Of a DNA stretch of 64,000 nt, positions 57,537 to 64,000 are shown piece by piece. The notes under the pieces are model-generated. The model was given only the letters and a program-made list of their open reading frames with translations. It did not search any database and had not been told where the DNA came from. The stretch covers positions 110,099 through 174,098 of the forward strand of contig DJOB01000005.1 in NCBI GenBank assembly GCA_002437105.1, written 5' to 3'. Source of the stretch: Bacillales bacterium UBA6449 (GTDB lineage: Bacteria; Bacillota_I; Bacilli_A; RFN20; CAG-288). The position numbers and the translations under genes are program-made. The stretch's first letter is position 1. Each line of letters begins with the position of its first letter.

Positions 57537-58292
57537 ATGCCATTTAGACTCTTTGCTGCCCTTAATGAAAATATTCCGAAGAAGATGTCCAGCACTCTGG
57601 AGAAATCCTTCTACGACCATTACGGCTACCTTCTTTCCGAACACGAATCGACTCAGCCTTTCAACAACCTTCAGCAGCCGTTCGATCTGATCAAGGCCTA
57701 CATCGTCATCAGAGGTCTGCTAAATAAGGAGAAACTGGAATCCTACGAGCCGATCATCCAGAATTCCGCCAATCTCGCACCCGAGAGCATGGGGGCGATG
57801 CACACCGGTCTGCCCTTCTTCTATTTCCAAGGGAAGAAGATCTATATCCCCTTTTTCCCCACTCGCCTGAATATCAAATACGACCGTGACCTGCCTTCTG
57901 TCTTCTCTGAACCGCTTCGTTCGGTGCTGACTGATCAGGGGTTTGAAAGCTTTTTTGTCGATCCTTTCACCGCGTATGGCCTCCCTTTGTTCGAGTCGGA
58001 GTTCACGAGCTTGGTTCCGGTGATGAAGCAGGATAATCTTGAAGCTTTTATCTCCCTTTCCTTCGATACCATCTTTATCATTTCCGACCAGGGTACATTG
58101 GAGTATTCCATCCCACTCTTCGATTCGAAACTCGATAGCTTCGATCGCCGGAACCTTATCTCCCGGGTCCGGAGGGCTCTAGACCCCTTTTTCCGCTTCG
58201 ACCGCGAGGGATTCATGCGGGCGTTGAATCGTGAGGGATTCATCTCTCGTAAGCTTCTCACCAAGTTAGAGGAGCAGTCGAGAGAGCGATGA
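57537..58292 (+). CDS. Hypothetical protein (251 aa)
   Basis: The ORF has RBS GAGGTGGG 7 nt upstream. No recognisable motifs were seen. Confidence 0.6.
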   Translation: MPFRLFAALNENIPKKMSSTLEKSFYDHYGYLLSEHESTQPFNNLQQPFDLIKAYIVIRGLLNKEKLESYEPIIQNSANLAPESMGAMHTGLPFFYFQGKKIYIPFFPTRLNIKYDRDLPSVFSEPLRSVLTDQGFESFFVDPFTAYGLPLFESEFTSLVPVMKQDNLEAFISLSFDTIFIISDQGTLEYSIPLFDSKLDSFDRRNLISRVRRALDPFFRFDREGFMRALNREGFISRKLLTKLEEQSRER

Positions 58293-58347
58293 AATCTCAA
58301 GTCCGAGCCTTTTCAGAGCGATTTTGTGATATATTCTCTTGCGCCTT

Positions 58348-58423
58348 GGGGCTGTAGCTCAGCTGGGAGAGCACGTGCTTTGCAAGCATGAGGTCGCGGG
58401 TCCGAGCCCCGTCAGCTCCACCA
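58348..58423 (+). tRNA. tRNA-Ala (anticodon UGC), with an atypical T-loop
   Basis: It reads GGGGCTG-TA-GCTCAGCTGGGAGAGC-...CTTTGCAAG loop (TGC)...GCGGG-TCCGAGC-CCCGT-CAGCTCC-A-CCA. The G3:U70 identity pair is present. The T-loop reads TCCGAGC instead of TTCGAxC. Confidence 0.85.
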
Positions 58424-58435
58424 TATTGCAATAAC

Positions 58436-58465
58436 AGAAGTGATACAACGTCACTTCTTTTTTTA
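58436..58465 (+). terminator. Rho-independent terminator after tRNA-Ala
   Basis: Stem agaagtga (58436-58443) pairs with tcacttct (58451-58458), then TTTTTTT. Confidence 0.85.
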
Positions 58466-58541
58466 TTTTTCTTAAAAAGTGGCTTAGTTATAGGATTTTT
58501 GAGTAATCATAAGTGTTTTCTAAGCTCTAATTTGCCTTTGA

Positions 58542-59324
58542 AACACCAGTAATGTGATCGTTTGCGGGCACACCAGACGACTTGCAGCACTTAAGCTCGG
58601 CCTGAAAGAAGTCCTTTGCATCAAAGCTGATGATTTGACAGACGACCAAATAAGAGCCTTCCGCGTGGCAGATAACAAAACTAGTGAGCTTTCAACTTGG
58701 GACTTGGACAAACTCAAAATTGAACTTGGGGAAATCAAGCTCGATATGTCCGACTTCGGCTTTGAAGATTTGCCGGACCAAATGAAAGAACTTCCTGAAG
58801 ACGACGAATTCGATGCCACACCGAACTTGAAAAAGCTGCGTTTGTAAAGAACGGCGACATTTGGAAACTCGGAAGGCATAGGCTCATGTGCGGGGATACC
58901 ACGACTGGAGATGTCGAAGTTCTGATGGAAGGAAAGTATGCGGACCTTTGCGTTACCGACGCTCCATACAACGTTGACTATGAAGGCGGCACGGGGATGA
59001 AAATCAAAAACGATAACATGAGCCAAGATGAGTTCTATTCTTTCCTTTCCAAGGCATTTTCCAACATTTCCCAAATCGATGAAACCTGGGGCTTGCATCT
59101 ATGAGTTTTTTGCCACAAGGGAACACATCAATTTCGAGACCGCACTCAAAGAAAACGGACTCAGCCCCAGACAAGAGCTCATATGGAGCAAAAACGGTCA
59201 GTTCATCTTGGGAAGACAGGATTACAACTGGGACTTTGAGCCATGTTTCTATGGTTGGAAAGAAGGAGCAAGCCACAATTGGTATAGCGACAGGAAGCAG
59301 AAATGCGTGGGACTAAAATTTTGA
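58542..59324 (+). pseudogene. ParB-like nuclease domain / N6- or N4-DNA methyltransferase, 5'- and 3'-truncated with at least two frameshifts
   Basis: Three consecutive frames read 'VIVCGHTRRLAALKLGLKEV...FRVADNK' (ParB-N), 'KNGDIWKLGRHRLMCGD...LCVTDAPYNVDY' (MTase motif IV, DPPY changed to DAPY) and 'LIWSKNG..GRQDYNWDFEPCFYGWKEGASHNWYSDRKQ'. The SAM-binding C-terminal half is absent. Confidence 0.8.
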
Positions 59325-59411
59325 AATCCTAAAAATCGAAAAAAAGTTTCAAGAATGATAGGGCTTTCATACTATAATAGTTAAATAGTTAAAACAAAGG
59401 TGGACATAGTT

Positions 59412-60818
59412 ATGAAGTTCAAGAAGTTTTTCGTTTTCTGCTTAGCCCTTGCTTTTCCGTTCACCATAGTAGGGCGAGAAAAAATGGTATCGTCACAAAT
59501 CGATGGTATCAAAGACAAAACGGCTCAAGTGATTAGACGTGCGGTCAATCAATCAGCTGGAGATACGGAAGACCCTGATGAAATTTTTAGCCGTGCCATA
59601 GATGGCTACAAAGACGAATTCAAGGATTATCTAGATGTCACCGCTTTGAACGTCCAGGACAAGGAAGCTGTCAATCTTCCCGATTTCGACATCGATTACG
59701 TGGCGCCGGAATTCTACGATGTCATGTATGATTACCAAACCAAGCTTGAAGCATCGCTTACTATCATTCAGCTTGAAAGATACGAATCATTGAGAAAGCA
59801 GGATTATAATTTTGATAGATATGTCACTTTGAATGACCTCAAGTTTTCAAATCTGAATCTATCCTTGAAATACATTCACGACGTCAAACCCATCAATCCA
59901 ACACTGCCTATCACGCCCGTCAATCCGACTCTCCCTGGTAGTGGTAGTTCTACCACAAGAGCGGCTGCTGTTGCTACAGCTGGCATCATCACAATTTTGT
60001 CTAATGCTGGACTTGGTGAAACTGTCATATCTGCATTCACCGCATGCATTTCGACAATGACCACAGGCCTATCGACAAGCTGGATTCCATTCATTGGATG
60101 GGCATTGGCTGTAGCCTTGATTACTGGTGCTTTGATTGCCTTGGTTGTGATAATAGTCAAAAACTGGGACAAGATTAAGGCAGCTATAAATGACATCAAA
60201 GCTTGGTTCCTTGAGCAATTCTCAAGGTTTTCATCTCTCATCGAGTCATTCTTTGCGGATGCCATTGCACAAGGAAACGAATCGGTCGTTGCCTATAGAA
60301 AAGAAATAGATGGTAGAACAAGAGAGTTTGTTGATACCGAGATTACAACTGACGTTTTATCTAAAATTGTAGATAAATGTTTGAAAAATGACACTGTGTA
60401 TCTTCTAGGGCATATTGGCGATCCAGAGAAAGGCGAGCATTGGTGGATTTGCTACGATACAACCAAGCCACAGGTTGTTATAGACGAGAAGCTTTATAAT
60501 TTTGGCATCTGCACTTACACTTGGTATAACAACACCGCAAAAAGAATGATGGCTTACGGCTCGTTACTAAATGGCGATTATTCATCTTTGATTTACGAAA
60601 GACCAGATAAAGGCACTGCCCTCGTGCATGGGGAAGAGAATTTGATTGGGTGGAATCATTATCATTTAGGCCACAAGGTCACTAATAATGGCTCTTCCGA
60701 GGTGATAAAGTATGAAACAAAGCCTTTAAAGTGGGCTCATTCCATGTTTGGAAAATTGTCTTACAGAAGTGTAGGCGGTAGTGATTATACTTACTACCCG
60801 AGTGGGAATCTTGGATGA
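59412..60818 (+). CDS. Uncharacterised secreted/membrane-anchored protein (signal peptide, Pro-rich tandem, TM region, C-terminal ~140-aa domain shared with the next two ORFs)
   Basis: ATG 59412 lies 8 nt after AAAGGTGG; the track's GTG is at 59400. The product has 'MKFKKFFVFCLALAFPFTIVG', 'PINPTLPITPVNPTLP', the hydrophobic 'WIPFIGWALAVALITGALIALVVIIV' followed by KNWDK, and the His-rich 'GWNHYHLGH'. Confidence 0.75.
   Translation: MKFKKFFVFCLALAFPFTIVGREKMVSSQIDGIKDKTAQVIRRAVNQSAGDTEDPDEIFSRAIDGYKDEFKDYLDVTALNVQDKEAVNLPDFDIDYVAPEFYDVMYDYQTKLEASLTIIQLERYESLRKQDYNFDRYVTLNDLKFSNLNLSLKYIHDVKPINPTLPITPVNPTLPGSGSSTTRAAAVATAGIITILSNAGLGETVISAFTACISTMTTGLSTSWIPFIGWALAVALITGALIALVVIIVKNWDKIKAAINDIKAWFLEQFSRFSSLIESFFADAIAQGNESVVAYRKEIDGRTREFVDTEITTDVLSKIVDKCLKNDTVYLLGHIGDPEKGEHWWICYDTTKPQVVIDEKLYNFGICTYTWYNNTAKRMMAYGSLLNGDYSSLIYERPDKGTALVHGEENLIGWNHYHLGHKVTNNGSSEVIKYETKPLKWAHSMFGKLSYRSVGGSDYTYYPSGNLG
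60675..60732 (+). repeat. Copy 1 of a 58-nt imperfect direct repeat (inside the 3' end of the 59412-60818 ORF)
   Basis: By manual alignment it matches 61808-61865 at 51/58 positions. It encodes KVTNNGSSEVIKYETKPLK. Confidence 0.85.
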
Positions 60819-61321
60819 TGAGATACTGTGGCCTTAAGTCTGAAGTTAGAATTTGCCGTGCCTTTGAAAATTTTGGACTTCCCGACTATTGCCTGTGCGT
60901 AAGCAAATGCAAAAACGGACTTTGCAAAATCGTTGTCTTTGATTCTTCAAATGGCGAGCCATACAAATATTGCACAACTTGGGTTGAAAATTTAATTCCT
61001 TTCCATGATGACAAAGAAAAAAAATACAAAAGCATATATCAACCAAAGATAATCGATATAAAATGCGAGTCTATCCAAATTTGCTCGAAAGAGAAAATTT
61101 ACGCTTTGAGATTCGTTGACGAGCTGACGCTTGATATAGGCCAAAAAATCCAAGTCACCGACCCTACCAGTCCTTCTTTTTCAAACTATGGAATTATCGA
61201 AGATGTTATTTCGAATATGGAGTATTTAATCCAAAACGATTTCATTCCAAAATATAAGATTAAACTTGATAATGGAGAATTGTTTTTCTTCGATTCTTAT
61301 CAAATCTCTAAGACTAGTTGA
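60815..61321 (+). CDS. Uncharacterised soluble Cys-rich protein (168 aa), putative paralogue of the upstream C-terminal domain
   Basis: Its start overlaps the upstream stop (ATGA). Shared motifs are 'KIVVFDSSNGEPYKYCTTW' and the C-terminal 'KIKLDNGELFFFDSYQISK'. Confidence 0.7.
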   Translation: MMRYCGLKSEVRICRAFENFGLPDYCLCVSKCKNGLCKIVVFDSSNGEPYKYCTTWVENLIPFHDDKEKKYKSIYQPKIIDIKCESIQICSKEKIYALRFVDELTLDIGQKIQVTDPTSPSFSNYGIIEDVISNMEYLIQNDFIPKYKIKLDNGELFFFDSYQISKTS

Positions 61322-61360
61322 TACTACTCATCCAGATAGTCTTAAAAATTAGTAAAAGGG

Positions 61361-61873
61361 GTGACTCTTTTGAAATACAAATATGGCGACATAGTTTATT
61401 GCACAGGCAACCAAATTTCTAATGAACCCTTTCCTATGCAAGTTCTATCTTATGATAAAAAAACTGGGAAATACCTTTGCATTGATACGACGGAATATTC
61501 TCCAGGGGATTATGGAACATGTCTCTATCTAATTGCTGAGAATATGCTAGATTATTTTGAAAAAGTGGATAAAGATTATTCTGAAGAAATCAAGAAAATC
61601 TATAATTCAATGTTCCCTAAGAATTTAGACACACGATATTTCAATATATATGATGTGACCGAAAAAGAATTATTGGATTATAGAAAAGCTGTGTTGCGTA
61701 GAGAGGAATTCTATATTCCAATTGCTACAGACGATGAAAGAAGATTAGAGAGTTTCACAGAAGTGATAAGTGGAAGATTGCATCTGCTGATTATAGGCAT
61801 AAGAAGCAAGGTTACTGATAATGGCTCTTTTGAGGTGATACAGTATGAAACAAAGCCCTCAAAGTTGATTTAG
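61361..61873 (+). CDS. Uncharacterised soluble protein (170 aa), putative paralogue of the same domain
   Basis: The start is GTG 61361 or TTG 61370, after AAAAGGGG. Shared motifs are 'GDIVYCTG', 'DKKTGKYLCIDTTEYS', 'YGTCLYLIAEN' and the tail 'KVTDNGSFEVIQYETKPSK'. Confidence 0.7.
   Translation: MTLLKYKYGDIVYCTGNQISNEPFPMQVLSYDKKTGKYLCIDTTEYSPGDYGTCLYLIAENMLDYFEKVDKDYSEEIKKIYNSMFPKNLDTRYFNIYDVTEKELLDYRKAVLRREEFYIPIATDDERRLESFTEVISGRLHLLIIGIRSKVTDNGSFEVIQYETKPSKLI
61808..61865 (+). repeat. Copy 2 of the 58-nt imperfect direct repeat (3' end of the 61361-61873 ORF)
   Basis: It matches 60675-60732 at 51/58 positions, in frame in both ORFs. Confidence 0.85.
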
Positions 61874-61953
61874 ACCTGACCTCTTGGTGAAAAAGAAATC
61901 CTTAGGCAGCTATCGCATCCCCGATAGTTGAGTCTTAACTATTTTTGGGGTCT

Positions 61954-62430
61954 TCAATCCTTTAGATCTGCTGGGATCAATTCGGCCACCTTGATCGCGT
62001 CAGTTAGCTTGATTCCGACCTGAGAGCCCAGCCTCCCTCCGGAGATGAAGATCTTCTCCTTATCTAGAGCAGAGGAGTCGATATAGTGCTTCATCCGCTT
62101 CTTCATTCCGATCGGAGAGCAGCCGCCATGGACATAACCCGTCAGGGGGAGGAGCTGTTTTAGCGGGATCATCTCGATGCTCTTTTCACCCGTGGCCTTC
62201 GCTGCCTTCTTTAGATTCAGCTCGGCATCGACCGGGATGAGAAAGGCGTAGTGTTCATTCGATTTTCCGACTGCGACGAGGGTCTTGAAGACCTGGTTGT
62301 GATCCTCTCCCAATATTCCCGCGATATCCGACCCCGTCAGTTTCGGGTTCGGGTCGTAGAACCGTGGATCATACTGGACCTTCGCCTTGTCCAGCAGCCG
62401 CATCACATTGGTCTTTATCTCTTTAGGCAT
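61954..62430 (-). CDS. ybaK: Cys-tRNA(Pro)/Cys-tRNA(Cys) deacylase YbaK/EbsC
   Basis: It carries 'VFKTLVAVGK', 'LNLKKAAKATGEKSIEM' and 'TGYVHGGCSPIGMKKR'. The start is ATG 62430 after AGGAG; the track's longer ORF adds 16 residues. Confidence 0.88.
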   Translation of the reverse strand: MPKEIKTNVMRLLDKAKVQYDPRFYDPNPKLTGSDIAGILGEDHNQVFKTLVAVGKSNEHYAFLIPVDAELNLKKAAKATGEKSIEMIPLKQLLPLTGYVHGGCSPIGMKKRMKHYIDSSALDKEKIFISGGRLGSQVGIKLTDAIKVAELIPADLKD

Positions 62431-62617
62431 GTCTTTTCTGCTCCTGCGTACCTTATATTTTATAGAGATATGGTTCAAATGGGTTAAAGGTGGGCTTCAA
62501 CTGCGGTTTGCAGTTGTAAAAAGTGGCGCGCTGGGCTATATTTTTCCTGTGAAAAGGTGGTCTTTCGTCCGCGGGTTTTCTTATTTTTGGACGTTAGACT
62601 GAAGAGGAAATGTCATC

Positions 62618-64000
62618 ATGCAAAATATAAGGGTGGTCGCTTTGGGCGGCCTCAGTGAATCTGGAAGAAATTGCTACTGCATCGAGATCGATGACGATAT
62701 ATTCGTCGTCGAGTGTGGTCTCAAATATCCGACGGTCACCACTCCGGGCGTCGATTATCTCATCCCCAATTTTGATTATCTGAGGGCCAATTCCTCTCGG
62801 GTCAAGGCCATCATCGTGACTCACGCGCACGATACTACCTACGGTGCCCTGCCCTACCTCCTCAACCTGATGAACGTGCCCGTCTACGCTTCCGCTACCA
62901 CCATCACCATGATCAGGATGGATTATTCGAAGAGGTTCCGTCGCTTCGGCACCTACCATTTCGTGACGGTCACCCCCTCCTCGACCGTGCAGATCGCCGG
63001 TCACACCTTCGACTTCTTCCAGACTACCCACTCCATGCCCAATACCTTCGGCTTCGCCCTCCATACCGACGCGGGAAACATCGTCTATTCCTCGGATTTC
63101 ATGTCTGACTACAGCCATATCGGCAACTACTCGTTCGATATGCCGAGGATGTGCAAGATCGCGTCGAGCGCCCCGACCCTGCTGCTCATGTGCGAGTCCG
63201 AGGGGGCTCAGCTCTCCGGCACCGCTTCTCCCAAGCACCGCATCACTCCCCTGATCACTCCAGCCCTCGAGTCCCAGACCGGTGCTCTCTACATCGCGCT
63301 GTACACCGCTAATTTCTACAACATCCAAGAGGTGATCAATGCGGCCGCCAAGTTCGGCAAGACGGTGATCTTCGCCAACCCTCAGCTGGCGGAGTATCTG
63401 CCCGCCTTCCACGCCTCCGGGGATCTCATCGTCCCGCAGGGCCACTACGCCAAACTGGAGGATATCGAGTCTGTTCCCGCCGATAAGCGAGTCATCATCC
63501 TGACGGGAAGCGGTCTCGAGCTCTTCAAGTCCATCAAGGATCTGGCAGCGGGAACCAAGCGCAACCAGGGGCTCAGCCTCGGACCGACCGATACCTTCAT
63601 CATGGCTTGCCCCTCCGTTCCGCAGATCGAGGTGCAGCATACCGAGGCGCTCGATGCGGTCTTCACCACCGGCTGCAACTGCCTGAATATCACCCGTCGC
63701 GATATCGCCTCCATGCATGCGCAGCAGGAGGATATCAAGATGATGATCACCCTCTTCCGGCCGCGCTACTACATGCCCATCATCGGCGAATATCGTCAGC
63801 TGATGGCTAATGCGATGACCGCGGTGAGTATGGGATCGACGCTCAACCATCGCAACGTCTTCGTCTACGATAATGGAATGGTCGTCAAATTCGATGGCAA
63901 GGGCGACTTTGTCGCTCAGCCCGAGAAGGTGGTCACCGACGATGTGGTGATCGATGGCAACACCATCGCGACCGTTCCGGGCGATGTTCTCGAGGAGCGG
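62618..64000 (+). CDS. rnj: RNase J-family protein, 5' 461 codons (continues beyond the window); active-site ligands partly missing
   Basis: This gene is not in the ORF track because there is no stop before the window end. My translation 'MQNIRVVALGGLSESGRNCYCIEIDDDIFVVECGLKYP...VTHAHDTTYGALPYLL...QTTHSMPN...' is collinear with B. subtilis RNase J1. Confidence 0.85.
   Translation, partial: MQNIRVVALGGLSESGRNCYCIEIDDDIFVVECGLKYPTVTTPGVDYLIPNFDYLRANSSRVKAIIVTHAHDTTYGALPYLLNLMNVPVYASATTITMIRMDYSKRFRRFGTYHFVTVTPSSTVQIAGHTFDFFQTTHSMPNTFGFALHTDAGNIVYSSDFMSDYSHIGNYSFDMPRMCKIASSAPTLLLMCESEGAQLSGTASPKHRITPLITPALESQTGALYIALYTANFYNIQEVINAAAKFGKTVIFANPQLAEYLPAFHASGDLIVPQGHYAKLEDIESVPADKRVIILTGSGLELFKSIKDLAAGTKRNQGLSLGPTDTFIMACPSVPQIEVQHTEALDAVFTTGCNCLNITRRDIASMHAQQEDIKMMITLFRPRYYMPIIGEYRQLMANAMTAVSMGSTLNHRNVFVYDNGMVVKFDGKGDFVAQPEKVVTDDVVIDGNTIATVPGDVLEER

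Larger units (their letters stand above)
58424..61950. mobile_element. AT-rich accessory island (probable decayed integrated element) abutting the 3' end of tRNA-Ala
   Basis: Composition drops abruptly relative to both flanks, judged by eye. The island contains a phage/plasmid-type ParB-methylase pseudogene and three orphan ORFs. I found no integrase and no duplicated tRNA 3' end. Confidence 0.5.

Noticed and set aside
58554-59324. Three separate small genes (97, 72 and 98 aa).
   Set aside because: They are consecutive frame-shifted fragments of a single ParB-DNA methyltransferase, which I annotated as one pseudogene.
58424-61953. An active integrative element (prophage/ICE) at tRNA-Ala.
   Set aside because: There is no integrase, excisionase, replication or structural gene. 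I found no direct repeat of the tRNA 3' end at the right border. Only a decayed remnant can be supported.

Overview
The window is a compact chromosomal segment of a Bacillota-type (low-GC Gram-positive or Mollicutes-related) bacterium that uses the standard genetic code. TGA is clearly a stop, for example at the end of dhaM, so this is not code 4. The taxon is an inference from gene content and order.

Most of the window is housekeeping:
- Carbon and nucleotide metabolism: glpF with dhaM-dhaK-dhaL, a GH13 glucosidase, a HAD hydrolase and two uridine-kinase-family paralogues.
- Translation and RNA: rpsO, rpsD, tyrS, fmt, trmB, lepA, ybaK, an RlmCD/RumA-type methyltransferase, the start of RNase J, and tRNAs Gly, Asp, His and Ala.
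- DNA uptake, replication and repair: comEA-comEC, holA, addA/addB and an XPD/DinG-type helicase.
- Stress and other functions: hsp20, hrcA-grpE-dnaK-dnaJ, clpB, greA, pepV, a cyclophilin, a P-type ATPase and hemW.

Genes are tightly packed, with many 1-4 nt start/stop overlaps and clear hairpin/T-run terminators.

Three heat-shock promoters (hsp20, hrcA, clpB) carry CIRCE operators, and a TTGACA -35 hexamer sits inside the CIRCE element at each of them.

The only clearly accessory stretch is a visibly AT-rich island of about 3.5 kb directly after tRNA-Ala (about 58.4-61.95 kb). It holds a frameshifted, truncated ParB-DNA-methyltransferase pseudogene. It also holds a cassette of three uncharacterised ORFs that, by eye, share one domain; these are a membrane-anchored 468-aa protein plus two soluble copies. 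A 58-nt direct repeat (51/58 identical) marks the 3' end of the first and third copies. This cassette is my best candidate for something undescribed.

Several housekeeping proteins show degenerate catalytic signatures. TyrRS has QLGN in place of HIGH. RNase J lacks three metal ligands. The MIP channel has NPS/NAA boxes. The P-type ATPase has IDALND in place of GDGxND. A Fic-like protein lacks GNGR.

No rRNA, CRISPR array, transposase or integrase was seen. All coordinates for small elements were counted by hand and may be off by 1-2 nt.
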